Positions 36,101 through 49,616 are shown, counted from the stretch's first letter. The stretch is DNA of 64,000 nt from Heterodontus francisci (GCF_036365525.1 NC_090387.1:76817300-76881299), one strand, 5' to 3'. The notes: generated by a model not told the origin, from the letters alone. Numbers and translations are program-made.

Positions 36101-38716
36101 ATAGCGCGATTATTAATTAATTGTTAAAGTGATGTTATCTCATGCCACAAAGCAGAAATCGCTTCCTGCAAATAGAACTAGATTCAGCATCTTATATAAT
36201 GTAATAATTATCATAGAATCCGGTTATAAAGGATCTGATTATCTAGACATTACCAACGAAAACGCCCACTTTCTGGCAGATGATAAGCGAAATCCGATCG
36301 CTTGTTCCAGCACTTTGGGGTCTATGACTAGTTGAGTAAAGTGTTGTCAGAGTCCAGTCGCGAGCAAATGTACACGACTAATGAAGGTTTCCTGGATTCG
36401 GATTTCCAAAAAAGTTCGGAAAATGTCCTTTCACAAAATAACTGTGGATAAGAAAGCCTATTTTCTCCATCCAAAAATGTGGAATAATCCCCCTAATGTA
36501 GAATCCAACCATTTGTTAAGGGATCCCAGGACGATTGCCTCATTTGCTATATCTGAAAGTTTATTCTCTGTGCGAAGAAGAATTTCTTGACATCATTGCT
36601 AAAATGATCATTTGCTACATCTTTTAACCGGTTTCCCCACAGGTAAATATCTCATACAATACAGGAACTGTAATGTAGTGCTTTTCTGTTACTCCAGTGG
36701 TAATCCAATGGTCTGGATTTATAATCCAGAGAAGATGGCGGCAAACCTCGCCATGGCATTTTGAGAACTTAATTCAGTTTAAATAATTTGGAAATTTAAA
36801 AAAAAACGGCCTGGGTAAAAGACAAGTGACCATATTCTGTTGCATTGCCATAAAATGTTAAAAAATCAATTGATGACATTTGGAGACGGTGTAACGGGGT
36901 CTGGCACATTAACGACTCTGATCCTCCACCTGTGGCCTCTGAAGTGGTTTCGTACGCCGTCTATCTGTCTAAGGGCAACTAATGATGGACAATAAATACT
37001 GCCTTAGTCAGCGACACCCATATCCTGAGGAAGAATTAAGCAAAATTGTGGTTTAACTTTTTCTATATACGTAGTATTGTCATGTATTTCCATAAAATCA
37101 TGGTTCAGACGCCTCCTTTGCAGTTTAACAGATCCAGCTTATCCAGAGTGTCCGCATAACTCAACACCCTGACAATGGGAAATCAGCCTAGCGGCTCTTT
37201 GCGCTGGCACTAGCGCGTCACCATTGGTGACCAGAATTGGTCACAATATCCAGTGGTCCGTGCAGCTGGAGCACTGTACAGTTTCATTGCTCTCTCCTTT
37301 GACTTACATTATACTGTTTTGTCTATGTATTGGTTTTGCCCTTTGATGCTCTGCATTGGATGGACATGTTTAGCGTCTAGTCTACTAAATCCTAGGTCTC
37401 TTTCAGTTCCGTCCTTAGCTATTTCAATCCAATCCATGGAGTATATATGCAGCTTGTTTCTTTTTTTCATCCTGGCTGTAGCGCTTTACTCTTCTCTGAG
37501 TTGAATTTCATCTGACACTGCTCTGACCACCTATATAGGTATATATAAAGTCATGTCAAGCTTTACATTGCCTCTAAAAATACTTTTCAGAACACTAACA
37601 TGGAAACTGAAGAAATATTGTGCTTACTGAATGTAATTAAATTGCATTAATTTGCAGGTAAGCAGGAAAGTAGAACAATACTGAGCACGCATGAAGGACT
37701 GGTAAGTTCATGCCATTTTTCCAAGGAGAGGATTCCAATTTATAGAAATCTTGTTATGATAGAGATACTTTATCACAACCTATTTCGCAAAAGTATTTGT
37801 TTCTTTTCGATGTGTCATTCGCATCGCGTTTTGAAAATCATTTGAACCTGCGATGCTGGTGCAAGTGATTGAAGAGAAGAAAAATTAAATTGGTAGTTTC
37901 AGTCAACAAAATCTAGACAATACTTATGCGTGCATTCATCTAAACCTCGCTTTTGAAAGCTGGCATCACACCTCTAAGATGCAGAACCCGCCTCTTGTTT
38001 AAATATATCTGTAACATTGCATTGTAGTGAAAATCGACAAGATGAAATGGCAGTTACAATAGACACACTATTTACCGGACTTAACATTTGCATAACTTTA
38101 AATGTATTAACTGTGGATTTCTGCATTTTGTTTGTTGCCTAGGCCATTATGTTCATTGTTTGATCAGCAAGCTGTAAACTGGTGAAGGTAATGAACTCGT
38201 CAAATAACAAAACATTTTCTTATTGGTCAATGCAGGGGGAAGAGGACAAGATCGTGACTTATGCTGCAGTGGATTTGAACAAAGCCAAGAAAACTCCAGG
38301 ACGTAAACATGAAGAGGAGATGACAGCGTACGCTCAGGTGGGGCTGAGAAGCAGAGAATAGAAGCATACATATTCCGCGGAGCACCAACATTAATGTAAT
38401 AGCGGAGTATTAGTTGTTCTGACTTTGGCCGTATGCTGCATCTGAAGGTTTTTCTGTGTTATTCTATTGACTGCCTTGAGCAGTCAATGCCACGCCCAGC
38501 AAAGAGACAAATCAACCGTATTTCCAAACATTGTTTTTCCAGATAAAACAAGGGACGTTTCGGGACAAGGTGACAGAGGCGACTCCAGAATTGTCGGGCT
38601 CGAAGAAAGCGGGACAATCTAGAAATAACAGAAGAAGCGCAGAATATGCCGAGCTGGAGATAAAAACCACAAAAGGAGCAACAGAGGCTTTTTACACAGA
38701 AGCAAGAACCAATTAG
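33115..38716 (+). CDS. Gene A: type I membrane IgSF receptor (leader-VJ-C1-TM-cytoplasmic tail with Tyr motifs), SIRP-like/NCR3-related, about 340 aa; 6 coding exons: 33115-33175, 33369-33689, 34609-34920, 35910-36020, 37658-37701, 38543-38716
   Basis: All introns are GT-AG with phases 1,1,1,1,0. Exon lengths 61+321+312+111+44+174 = 1023 nt give an uninterrupted ORF ending in TAG. Every exon has a homologous counterpart in gene B. Confidence 0.88.
33369..33689 (+). CDS. Gene A exon 2: Ig V-set domain with in-exon J-like G strand
   Basis: Acceptor TTTTCCAACAG, donor G|GTAAGT. Motifs: ITFYC (B-strand Cys), VRWWKK (C-strand Trp), DSGVYHC (F strand), NGTGSNLTV (GxG(T/S)xLxV). Confidence 0.93.
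34609..34920 (+). CDS. Gene A exon 3: Ig C1-set domain
   Basis: Acceptor TTCCGCAG, donor G|GTACGG. C1-set signatures: LVCESAAFYPGDFTLVWYKNG, GLYEVSSSL, VYICLVSHISL. Confidence 0.93.
35910..36020 (+). CDS. Gene A exon 4: stalk + uncharged transmembrane helix (EPDDKYYYIWGSGCAVGGLAFLVFMIIIGTRCSLKNK)
   Basis: Acceptor TCTTGCAG, donor AAG|GTAAGT, 111 bp phase 1-1; hydrophobic run followed by basic stop-transfer residues. Confidence 0.9.
37658..37701 (+). CDS. Gene A exon 5: 44-bp cytoplasmic exon (GKQESRTILSTHEGL)
   Basis: Acceptor TTTGCAG, donor CTG|GTAAGT. Converts phase 1 to phase 0 as the last exon requires; same length as the gene B counterpart. Confidence 0.78.
38543..38716 (+). CDS. Gene A exon 6: terminal cytoplasmic exon with AEYAEL (ITIM/ITSM-like) and AFYTEA
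   Basis: Acceptor AAACATTGTTTTTCCAG, nearly identical to the acceptor preceding gene B exon 57388; open to TAG at 38714-38716. Confidence 0.85.
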   Translation: MKQGTFRDKVTEATPELSGSKKAGQSRNNRRSAEYAELEIKTTKGATEAFYTEARTN

Positions 38717-39007
38717 AGATACAATCGTTGGCGCAGAAATCAGTTTATTGCTGTATATTAATTTATCCCGGAGCCATACCAATTTCACAGATTTCAATGG
38801 AAAATTGAATCTAGCGAGTTGGGAAAGAGCCGGAGATCCGTTACGACAGTTTGCTGCCCAAGCAGTGGAGGTGTTAATATCCCCGTGTACGTGTATTTCC
38901 GTGTTATCCAATCACTGAGATGTAACGCATTCCAGTGTCATAGCATATAATACAGCCATGTTTATTCTTTAATTATTTGGCGATTATTAATCAATATAGA
39001 TACTTGA

Positions 39008-39013
39008 AATAAA
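39008..39013 (+). terminator. Candidate polyadenylation signal of gene A
   Basis: AATAAA about 290 nt after the stop codon, in AT-rich sequence. Confidence 0.45.
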
Positions 39014-42000
39014 ACAAAATCAAGTTAAATCTATTATTTGATAGAGAACAATGATATGCTATTTCAATTATAATGATCTGTTTCTGTCATGCTGTATCTA
39101 CTTATTATCATGTATACAAATGGAGTTAAAGATCAACCATAACGCATGATACTTATTTCTGGGAAGAACACGGCATAAAACTGCGTTTTGACGTCACGTG
39201 TTCTGTCACTATATTCCGGCTTCTATTCCAGGCAATCGTCCTGGGTTAGAGGACAGAAATGTTCAATCCATGAACTCATCCATAAACTCTGTGAACTCAA
39301 CTTCCGAATGACAGTATACGAAACACATACCTGTGCTCTGGGATGGCTATCGATTCCTTTCCAAAACGATACACCCAGACAATGCATATCGCCTGGAAGC
39401 CATGATAATCCTCAATCGGCCCTTATCATCAAAGGAAAGTGATGTTTGGGAAGGAGTTCTGAGACGAATAATAGAATTATTCCGGCATTTATAACATAAT
39501 TTATGAGAAAACATGTACTAAATACATTTTCTTTGTTGAAAATATTTAATACACCATGATTTAGGTACATCAAATATTGCGAGGTCTCGGCAATGAAGAT
39601 GAAAACAGGTTATTTGATGTAAACCATTAACGTGCAGTACACCTTCGACTTTATCAATCCTTTAGGCAAAACGGATATACTCTATCCATTTACAGAGGTT
39701 CCTTAATCGGGAAAGGGACAATTCGTGGTTTAAAATCTTAAACTAAGGCCTATTTGGGAATAGGTCAACGAAATTACAGAGTTGGAGCATTGTGTAACTG
39801 GTGCTGGAAGAACAGTAGCCCAGCAGTTTCAGTGACTAATTATAATTATGGCCCAATTTTAACTCCGTGTAAGTGAATGGATTTTGCTTGAGTTAAAATT
39901 AGTCCCAATTTAAGTGTTTGACTCCAAATTTAAAGACCGTAGAAAAAGAAGTGAAGCCGTTGGCTGTTGCCTTTTGTAATTGTCATGGTTGGTTGACCGT
40001 GTGCATTATCATGCAGGAGGATAGATACTGTACCAAGTGTTTCAGAATCCTGGAACATTACAGCATAGAACCCGGCCATCGCTTTCATAGACTGTGTGCA
40101 ATTACTTTTCTTCACATGAACCACTGACTTAATTCTGCTCTTCTGTCTTCATAATCTTCAACATTCTTCTTTCCACTTATTTTCCACCTAAAAGGATTTT
40201 CTGCTTCAACAACCGTATGCGGCCGATAACTCCACCTCCAAACACTCTAACCATGGCCTATGCAGCGTTTTTCACATTTCAATTTTGCGATTATGTGAAA
40301 TCTGTGCCCTCTTGTTACCGTCCATCTGGCAATGGTAATAATTCAACAGTGCATCACCGTCTTGAAAACCACTCATACTTACCCATTAATATTTTCTGCC
40401 CTAGCTTCTTAAATCTCTCCTTAGCTTTAATCACACATTCTTCGTAATATAATAGCCGACATGCCTACCATGGTTTCTGTATCCTTCTTTCAATGGCATG
40501 ATCATGGCACAAGCACAAATTACAGTCTAACTAAAGTCAAGTGCAACATTGCCTTTATATTTTTCTATTCATACCTCGACACAAAAAGTGACTCAAGGGA
40601 GTCTGTTTGGCATTGTATGGTAACATCATTAAAGACTTAAGTGTCCAGACAGCAGGGTCAGAGCTCTCCTGCACCATTTCAAATCCAACTATTTAAAGAG
40701 TGCTTTGTTTCTCCCCTTTAATCTTCAAAAATGCATTTCTTCAGACCTAACTGGCCGCTGAACTGCCCATCCCGCAATTCCGATCAGTGTTCACCTGCAT
40801 GATTTTACATTCTCCATCTTTCCCTTCCCATTAGGTGACATCTTCAAATCTGGATGTTATTCCCTCAGTTCTCATGAAAGGATAATTTATGGTTGTAGTA
40901 AATAAAAATCAGCTGTCTGTGTAACACCAGTCATCAAATCTTTCCATTCCAAGAAGCTTCTGTTTACCCTTATGCTACCTTCCAATCATTTCACTATTCT
41001 TAGGACCAGATTCCACTTACTTCCTTGTGGTGAAGGACTCTTTGATAATTCCTTATCAAACGTCTTTCGAAAGTCCATGTAAATCACATCCACAAACTTT
41101 CCTTTGTCGTTTTCCTCTGACTTTTTCAAAGAATTCTCTAAGGATAATCAAGCGCAATCTACTTCACAAAAATCGGTGCTGGTTGTTCTTTATGAACTTG
41201 TCTTTCTACAAATATGTGGCAAATTTGTCTAGAGTGATACTGGGCCCAGTAACCAAGTAAATGTTCAATAACTGTCGAACTACGACAATGTTTCACATTA
41301 TTGTCGCATTAGATTTTCTCATCTAAAAACAACATATGTTTCAAGATTCATTTGATAACTGGATAATGAATCGTGATGCATTCGCGCGCGAGTACCAGTT
41401 AACAGGTCAGCGCGTGGAAGCGATTAGCGAAGGCTTTCGCCGTGTGGTTATTTGCTATATTACCAAGTGTTGCGAAATATGGACACAGGCGTGCGGGTTT
41501 CTAAAGCTAAATAAAGAACGTGGCTGATTAGCTCATCTCCGCAGCAGCAGTACAAGTTTTACATTTAGCTGCTAATTGAAACACTCTAAAAATGTGCCTA
41601 GTTTTGCGTTACCACGGTCATTACCCACCATGGTTCATTACAATTGCAGAAACATTAAACGGAGATTCCATTTGCTATTTTCCCTTGTAAACTTTCCTAC
41701 CTCACTATCAAATAGAATCTGTAACCTAGTCACTTTAAGGCGACTGAATCGTTGTTATTTATTTCCACTTGCCGACATTATTCTAAGTTTTTTTTATTTG
41801 TTTGTGGGATGTGGGCGTCACTGGCTAGGCCAGCACTTATAATCCATACCTCATTGCCCTTGAGTTCCAGGCTATTTCAGAGTCAACCACGTTGCTCAGG
41901 GTTTGGAGTCACATGACAGCACATTGCGTTCCCTAATGGACATTGGACAACCAGATGGGTTTTTACAACAATCAATAATGGGTTTATGGTCACAATTAGA

Positions 42001-43927
42001 ACCGCTTTTAATTCCGGCTTTATTAGTTAAATTCAAATTTCATCATTTGCCGTGGTGGGATTTAAACCCATGTCCCCACAGCAATAACCTACGCTCTAAA
42101 TTACTAGTCTAGTGACACTGCCACTACGCCACCGCCTCCCCACAAGCATAAGCATAGAATTATGTTCCTCAATGAATGCTTGAGTGTTTCAGTTATTCAT
42201 CTACACACAAGTTTCAGTACAGTAAGACACTTGCTTACTTTGACGTATTGCAATGTTGCAATATTGGTAACACGGCTTCCAACTTGTAAGTTGTGGACAA
42301 ATTTCTAAAATGTCAAAAGTATTTAGTTAAAGGGATGCTTAATTTATTCAGTTGCCTTTTTAATTGTAATTGTTTGAAGAGCAGAGATGCTGATTAAAGT
42401 TGTCCCTTGTCACGTTGTCACCTGAGGACTGAAAGTTGTAGGTGCCCAGGCGCTGCATTTTCTGAAGCATTTCTCATGGGATATCCTGTTATTCAGCTTC
42501 ATCCGCATTCTGAGCAGAACACAGGGAAGAGGATAATTGTCACATCACAGTGGGAGAACTTTCATGTAAAATTCATGCTCGCACACTGCCTTAAAACAGC
42601 AGTTTAACAGTATATATAGTGTCTGAAGGCAGTAGTGTATAGGTATTTCCCTTTATAATACTGAAGGAGTAATTGATAGGTTAGAAGATTGCGTTTTCTC
42701 TTTAAGCACACGTTGCCTTTTATTATGTTCAAGACGATGGAAAATTAGAGTTCACAAATGGAAACAAATGTATAGCCCAACATGTACGCGCGTGAGTATC
42801 TACCCGCGCGCGCGCTCACCCGCAGGCTAAATTCATAGTTTCTATGCATACCAAGTGAACGAGTATCCAACCCAGAATATTAAAATAAATATATTATAAA
42901 AAGTGAATATATCAATGAGAAAGGGGAATCGTCTTGGAAGACTCAAACGGTGTAAAATTAATTATTTCGCTCTCTCTATCTTGAATCACCACAAGCTCGT
43001 TGCAATTTCTCACTTTTTAAATTTCTTTCATAAGATGTGGGCGTAGCTGACAAAGTCAGCATTTGTTGCCCGTCCCTAATTGCCCTTGCATTGAGGGGTT
43101 GGCTGATCCATTTCAGCGGGCAGTTAAGAGTCAACCACACAGCTGTAGGTCGAGAGTCCCATGTAGGCCATGTAGATAAGGATGGTAGATTTCCTTCTCC
43201 AAAGGGCACTAGTGAACCAGATGAGTTTTTACAACTATCAGAAATATATTTGCTTCACGATTTTGTAGCCATGGCGCTTTGTGCATTTTGCACCATAGTT
43301 ACAATTCTTAGGGAGAACAAGCTGGGCTTTGAGTTATATCCAGTAAATGATTTCTAGACCGAAAAATCAGGATTCCGGCTCCAAATAAACAGTCGTGTAT
43401 CACACTAACAGCATAATCCAAACTGATCGACGTGACCTAAATTCTAATGAGGCCATTGGCGTTCTAGTGTATATAGATAATATGACAGTTCCAGAATGTA
43501 CACTTTGCAAACAATGGGAGCACGGTGTGACAGAGATTGCATCCTACCGAGCTGTAAGGCGATTGCACATAGAGTCGAGATATAGAGATGCATATCGTAG
43601 CAGGAAATTCTGCCCTTCCTGTTTACTAAGGCAGCAAATTGAAGCTGCATGTATATTTAGCTTCAACCACAGACGATCAGTTGCAAGCAGATGTACATGT
43701 TCGTTCATCTACAGTTCAGCAAATCTGCAGCGATTATCAGTTTTGCAAAGAAAAGTCAGACTTAACCTTATTTCACAAATATCCAAGAATGCGCAGTTTT
43801 GATGCAAACACACCCTGACAGTTATCTGAGCAATTTCTTTCTGTGTAATCTTTAGACTAATTTTCAGCTTGTAGTTTTTACCTGAAAGATAAGAACTGTA
43901 TTTACTTTGAAAGAAAAATCTTTCACT

Positions 43928-46460
43928 GGATGTGGGCGTCGCTGGCTAGGCCAGCATTTATTGCCCATGCCGAATTGCCCTTGAGAAAATGGTGGTGAGC
44001 CGCCTTCTTTAAGCATTGCAGTCCAGGTGGTGCTGGTACACTCAAAGTGCTGTTACGAAGGGAGTTCCAGGATTTTGACTGTGACAGTGAAGGAATGGTG
44101 ATATAGTTCCAAGTTTGGATGGTCTGTGGCTTGGAGGGGAACTTGCAGGTGGTGGTATTGCCATGAATCTGTTGCCCTTGTCCTTCTAGGTGGTAGAGGT
44201 CGTGGGTTTGGAAGATGATGTCGAAGGAGGCTTGGTGAGTTGCTGCAGTGCATCTTGTAGATGGTACACACTGCTACCACTGTGCATCGGTGGTGGAGGG
44301 AGTGAATGTCGAAGATTGTGGATGGGGTGCCAATGAAGCGGGCTGCTTTGTTCTGGATGGTATCGGGCTTTTTGAGTACACTCATCCAGGCAAGTGGAGA
44401 GTATTCCATCACACTCTTGACTGGTGCCTTGCAGATAGTCGACAGGCTTTATGGAATCAGGTGGCGAGTTACTTGCTGAGAATTCCTAGCCTCTGACTTG
44501 TTCTTGTAGCCACAGTACTTATATGGCTGTTCCAGTTCAGTTGCTGGTCAATGGCAACCCCCAGGATAGTGGAGGATTCAACCATGGTGCTGTCATTTAA
44601 TGTCACGGGGTGATGCTTGGATTCTCTCTTGTTGGAGATGGTTATTGCCTGGCGTGAATGTAACTTGCCACTTATCAGCCCAATCCGGAATGTTGTCCGC
44701 TCTTGATGCATATGGACACAGAGGAGTTGCAAATATTACTGAACATTGTGTAATCATCAGCTAACATCCCCACTTCTGACATTCGGATGGACGAAGGGTT
44801 ATTGATGAAGCATCTGAACATGGTTGGGACTAGGACACTACCCTGAGGAACTCCTAAATGATGTCCCGGGACTGAAATGATTGACCTCGAACAACAACAA
44901 CCATCTTCCTTTGTGCTAGATATGACTTCAACCAGTGAAGAGTTCTCTCCCTGATTCCCATTGATTCCAGTTTTGCTTGGGCTCGTTGATGTCACATTCA
45001 GTCAACTGCTGCCTTGAGGTCAAGGGAAAACACTCTCACCTCACCTCTTGAGTTCAGCTCTCTTGTCCATGTTTGGCCAAGGCTGTAACGAGGTCAAGAG
45101 CTGAGTGGCCCTGGCAAAATCCAAACTGAGCATCAGCGAGCAGGTTACTTCTGAGTAAGTGCCACTTGATAGTGCTGTCGGCGACACGTTCCATCACTTT
45201 GCTGCTGATCGGGAATAGACTGATAAGGCTGGCAATTGGCCAGGTTGGATTTGTCCTGCTTTTTGAGGACAAGACATACCTGGGCCATTTTCCACGTTGC
45301 TGGGTAGATGCCAGTGTTGTAGCTGTACTGCAACAGCTTGACTAGGGGCGTGGCCAGTTCTGGAGCACAAGTCTTCTGTAGTATTGCTGGAATGTTGTCA
45401 AGGCCCAGGCCTTTGCAGTTTCCAGTGCCTTCAACCGTTTCTTGATATAACGTGGAGTGAATCGGAATGGCTGGGGACCTCAGGGGGACGCCGAGATTGA
45501 TCATCCAATTGGCACTTCTGGCGAAAGATTGTTGCAAATGCTTCAGCCTTGTCTTTTGCACTGATATGCTGGGCTTCTCCATCATATAGAATAGGGACAT
45601 ATGTGGAGTCTCCTCCTCTTGTTAGTTGCTTAATTGTCCAACAACATTCATGACAGGATGTGGCAGGATTGCAGTGCTTAGATCTGATCCGTTGGTTGTG
45701 GAATTGTTTAGCTCTGTCTATCGCATGCTGCATCCATTGTTTGGCATGCATGTAGACCTGTGCTGTAGCTTCACCAGTTTGACATCACATTTTAGGTACG
45801 CCTGGTGCTGCTCCTGACATGCCCTCCTGCACTCTTCATTGAACCATTGTTGATCCCCTGGCTTGATTCCAATGGTAAAGTGGGGGATCGGCTGGGCCAT
45901 GAAGCTACAGATTGTGGTTCAATACAATTCTGCTCCTGCTGATGGCCCACAGCGCCTCACGGATGCCCAGTTTTGAGTTGAGAAATCTGTTCGAAATGTA
46001 TCCCATTTAGCACGGTGGTAGTGCCACACAACAGGATGGAGGGTATACTCAATGTGATGACGGGACTTCGCCTCCACAAAGACAGTGTGGTTGTCACTCC
46101 TAGCAATACTGTCATGGACAGATTCATCTGTGACTGGTAGATTGGTGAGAACGAGGTCAAGTATGTTTTCTACCTTATTGACTCCCTGACCACCTGCTGC
46201 AGACTCAGTCTAGCAGCTATATCCTTTAGGACTCGGACAGCTCAGTCAGTAGTGATGCTACCGCACCACTCTTGGCGATGAACATTGAAGTCCCCCACTC
46301 AGAATACATTCTGTGCTGTTCCAACTGTCAGTGCCTCTTCCAGGCGTTGTCCAACATGGAGGAGTAGGGATGACAGGGCTGGGTTTGCCATTGTCATTCC
46401 CGGTGCCTAGGTCGATGCTGGGTGGTCTGTCCAGTTTCATTCCTTTTAGTCTTTTCTCCA
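43928..46460 (-). mobile_element. Decayed CR1/L2-group LINE (endonuclease + RT)
   Basis: GVPQGSVLVP, MLADD, QFGF, MEYSPLAWM remnants; same family as 59601-63348. Confidence 0.85.
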
Positions 46461-47457
46461 ACTGATATTGGGAGCAGCTGTATCAGATCGTCCTTTCAGC
46501 CTCAGAGAAGCAAAGGTCATTTAAATATTTCTGTAACTAGCTGGTGGCTCAGTAAGCAAATGATCCCTAAGATGCATAACTGAGTCACGCAGAACAGGAA
46601 TGTCACTTTTTCCCTAGGCCTGTGTTGTCTGTTGAAATAGTGGTTAGGTAATGTGTTTCTACAGTGCATCTCAGCTGTCGTGACCTCAGCTTGAATTTGG
46701 CGCATAGAGAAGATCAGGTGGTTATGTGACAGCTCCTACAATTTGATGTCCCACTAATGGACTAGGGAGAACAAAATGAAAGCTGTTTAGCTAATGCTCT
46801 TGCCTTTAATGACTGTTAGTGTTATCCCCAAGACTCATTGCGGAGTTCATCCGTCTGCAGTGCAGACTATATTTTAGATTATTTTACACTTTCCACTCCC
46901 TATCTTTCGATCTGTCCCTCATTTTCTCTTTCTCTCGCTTTAGCTGCAATCTGCTATCTGCAGTTGGGTCTCCAATCGCGCTGGGTTTCTATTTTTGGGT
47001 CTGAATTGCTTTCAATTTGACAGTGCTATTGTTTAAGAGCCATTTTTGGGGCTTACCTAATTAAATAGATGCTCATCCGTGATATTAACAATGAGGTGTA
47101 AATGCACCTTCTGATTACTTGGATTTGACGCACAGTTGATGCAAATTCAGGGGAGTATAAATATTCGTGTCAAGCTCCTTGAACATTCTGAGTAAAGCAA
47201 AATATTTCGGATGCTAGAAATCTGAAATAAAAAAAGAAAGTGCTGCAAATACTCAGCAGGTCTGGCAGCATCTGTGGAGAGATAAAGAGAGTTAACGTTT
47301 CAGGCTGATGACTTTAATGTGCACACGGGATAATAAGCTGTTGTTTAATAACATTCATCTGATTACAATTCTAGGAAACGTTCAGGCCTAGGCATTCATT
47401 ATCATTGTGCCTTGCAATAACACATGCCCGTCACAAGAAGCACCCTGCTGTAGAATT

Positions 47458-48508
47458 TGTTAGATCAAGGCGGGAGGAGTGCACTGTTTATTCTAGTCCC
47501 ACCTCTCCACACGTCACAACATATACTTAAATGTTCACAGACTGATATGGTCAATCATATACTCTACTTTTTCCAGAATAAAATACACCAACCAGGTTTC
47601 TTTAACAAACAACAAAATGATGAGTTTAGTATAAAAAAGTATTAACCCATAATGAAGTAAAGCATAAACACAGTTTGAAATATAACAGTTCACTATTTAC
47701 CTTAGCCCTTCACACACATACACACACACACGCTGGTTAACAAGACAATTAAAAGAAAATTTTTCTTTAGAGCTCGGTTACCAAAAGAAAATCAACAAAA
47801 ATAAACACTTAGGCTGAATATGTGCTCATTATTGAAGAAAAAGGTAAATATATAGAAAGATCTCCTTGGTTGTAGTTTGATATTCCAAATGCATATAGAA
47901 GGCTGTCACAGGGATTATCCGAGAACAGTTCTTTCCAGATGATGTTGAAGATCTGTTTGAGTAGGCTTTCCAAGAAATGCATCTACAGAGGCTTCCTATA
48001 GGCCTTACAGCAGAAATGCGGCAACAGTGGTTTCAGTTCCCACACATTCAATATGCAAGGTTTCTTCAAGTACAGGAAGAAAGAAGAGACTGACACATTG
48101 GACACGCAGTTTATTTCAAAGGGAGAGGAAGAGATAAGCTGCGTTTCCTTGGCAGGCAACAAACAACTGTCTTCCAGGCAGTTTACCCTCTAACTCACTG
48201 CCCAAAATGAATCCAAAGCAATGTCACAAGAATAAAGCCTCCTGACCTCTTTAAATCTTGACCTGTCACTTCTCTGTAAACATCTTCTCCAAGTCAAAAT
48301 AGCAAGCTCCCTGTTGGTATTTTATCTGAAAACAGGTGTCTTCCAGTATGGGCTTGTTTACAAGCCAAGTACAGGAAGCATTCTGGTGACCTCTGCCGAA
48401 AAAACAGCAAGTTTAGCATCTCTTCAAGCTTCCAGATGAATTAATGTCCATAATTCAACTATAAGCCCTGAAAAGCATATTTTACAAAAAAGAAGCGCCC
48501 TTATAACA
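47458..48508 (-). mobile_element. Solo LTR with 4-bp TSD AATT
   Basis: TGTTA...TAACA termini; AATT at 47454-47457 and 48509-48512; homologous to 55774-56676. Strand inferred by analogy with the Gypsy LTRs. Confidence 0.85.
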
Positions 48509-49561
48509 AATTTATCGCGTTATTATTTACGCATGTAAGTCTTAACTGTCCGCAGATTATAACGTTTCAACTGTTTGCTTCAAATAGACGAAAATATATT
48601 GGTTATTAAAATTCCAGATTGCATAAAAGTTACGCTATTGACAGTGGTGTTCTAAACGCTGTGTAAACGCGCAGATGATCCAAATTCAATACAGTATCCG
48701 TTTACCAGGACGTGAGCCACGTTAGGACTTATACGGATGTTTTTTATTGGACAACACATCCCAGCCCTTCCGGAACACCTGGACTTCGCAACAAAAATGG
48801 TTTCTCATCTAACAATTGTTTTCATTTTCGTCTCCAGTCTTCCTGTTCTTTACAGCATTACTTTTTTATGATATAATTTTGCTGTCAGCCCTATTCCGAA
48901 TGTTTCCCCTCCTTCCCTCCTATTGTGTAAATATGTCCGCCAGCACGCTCTTCCTCATTTCTGCTCCCTCAGCCATTGCATTCAAGACGTATTCCTTCTG
49001 AGACTCCAACATCTGCCCAGTTTCTGCTTCCTCCGGTCGTCGCCAGGATAAAAAACAAACTTTCCTTATTAATAATAACTGTCTCCTGATTTATTTCGTT
49101 TCCCACCTTACACTTTTCAACCTCAACGCTGACCACGTATACCGCAGTTTCAGAATTTAAATTAATTTAAAATGCAGGATGTATGTGGCATCGAGTTTGA
49201 AACATTACGGCCCTTTCTATCACAATCGCAGACGGCCGTAAAACGCATTACGTTTCACTTGGACAGCTCAATTATGTTATCAAGTACAACTTATTATGAA
49301 ACATAACGATATTTTCCAACAGATACATGGGTCTGATGTTGCCTGGAGATGACATTTGGTGGTGTGAGGAGACTCTAAACTACATGAAGCACACCCCTTC
49401 ATTTCACTCTTTAAACTCGGCCGTTGGCACCACAGTCACATGCGTGTATCCTCAACACGTCATTGCCTCCCACTTCATATCAGGTTACATACAGTGTTAT
49501 GTCCCCAGAAAATGAGAATTTCGTGTTAGTTATCTTCAAACGGCCAGTACTAATCACTGAA

Positions 49562-49616
49562 ATGTCTGCGAGGGCTGTGCTTCAGGGCATACAATTCATG
49601 GAGTTTATCTTCCTAG
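49562..49616 (+). CDS. Gene B exon 1: putative leader MSARAVLQGIQFMEFIFL
   Basis: ATG at 49562, phase-1 donor TAG|GTATTT, 119-bp intron containing (CT)n. Less hydrophobic than a typical signal peptide. Confidence 0.62.

Noticed and set aside
38645-38704. ITAM in the gene A tail (YAEL-x12-YTEA)
   Set aside because: The second motif lacks L/I at +3 and the spacing is longer than the usual 6-8 residues.
39189-39200. Overlapping CRE/E-box TGACGTCACGTG downstream of gene A
   Set aside because: Isolated motif with no supporting cluster; may be chance.
39200-47400. A third receptor paralogue between genes A and B
   Set aside because: I found no V, C1 or TM exon remnants by eye; a tBLASTn with proteins A and B would settle it.
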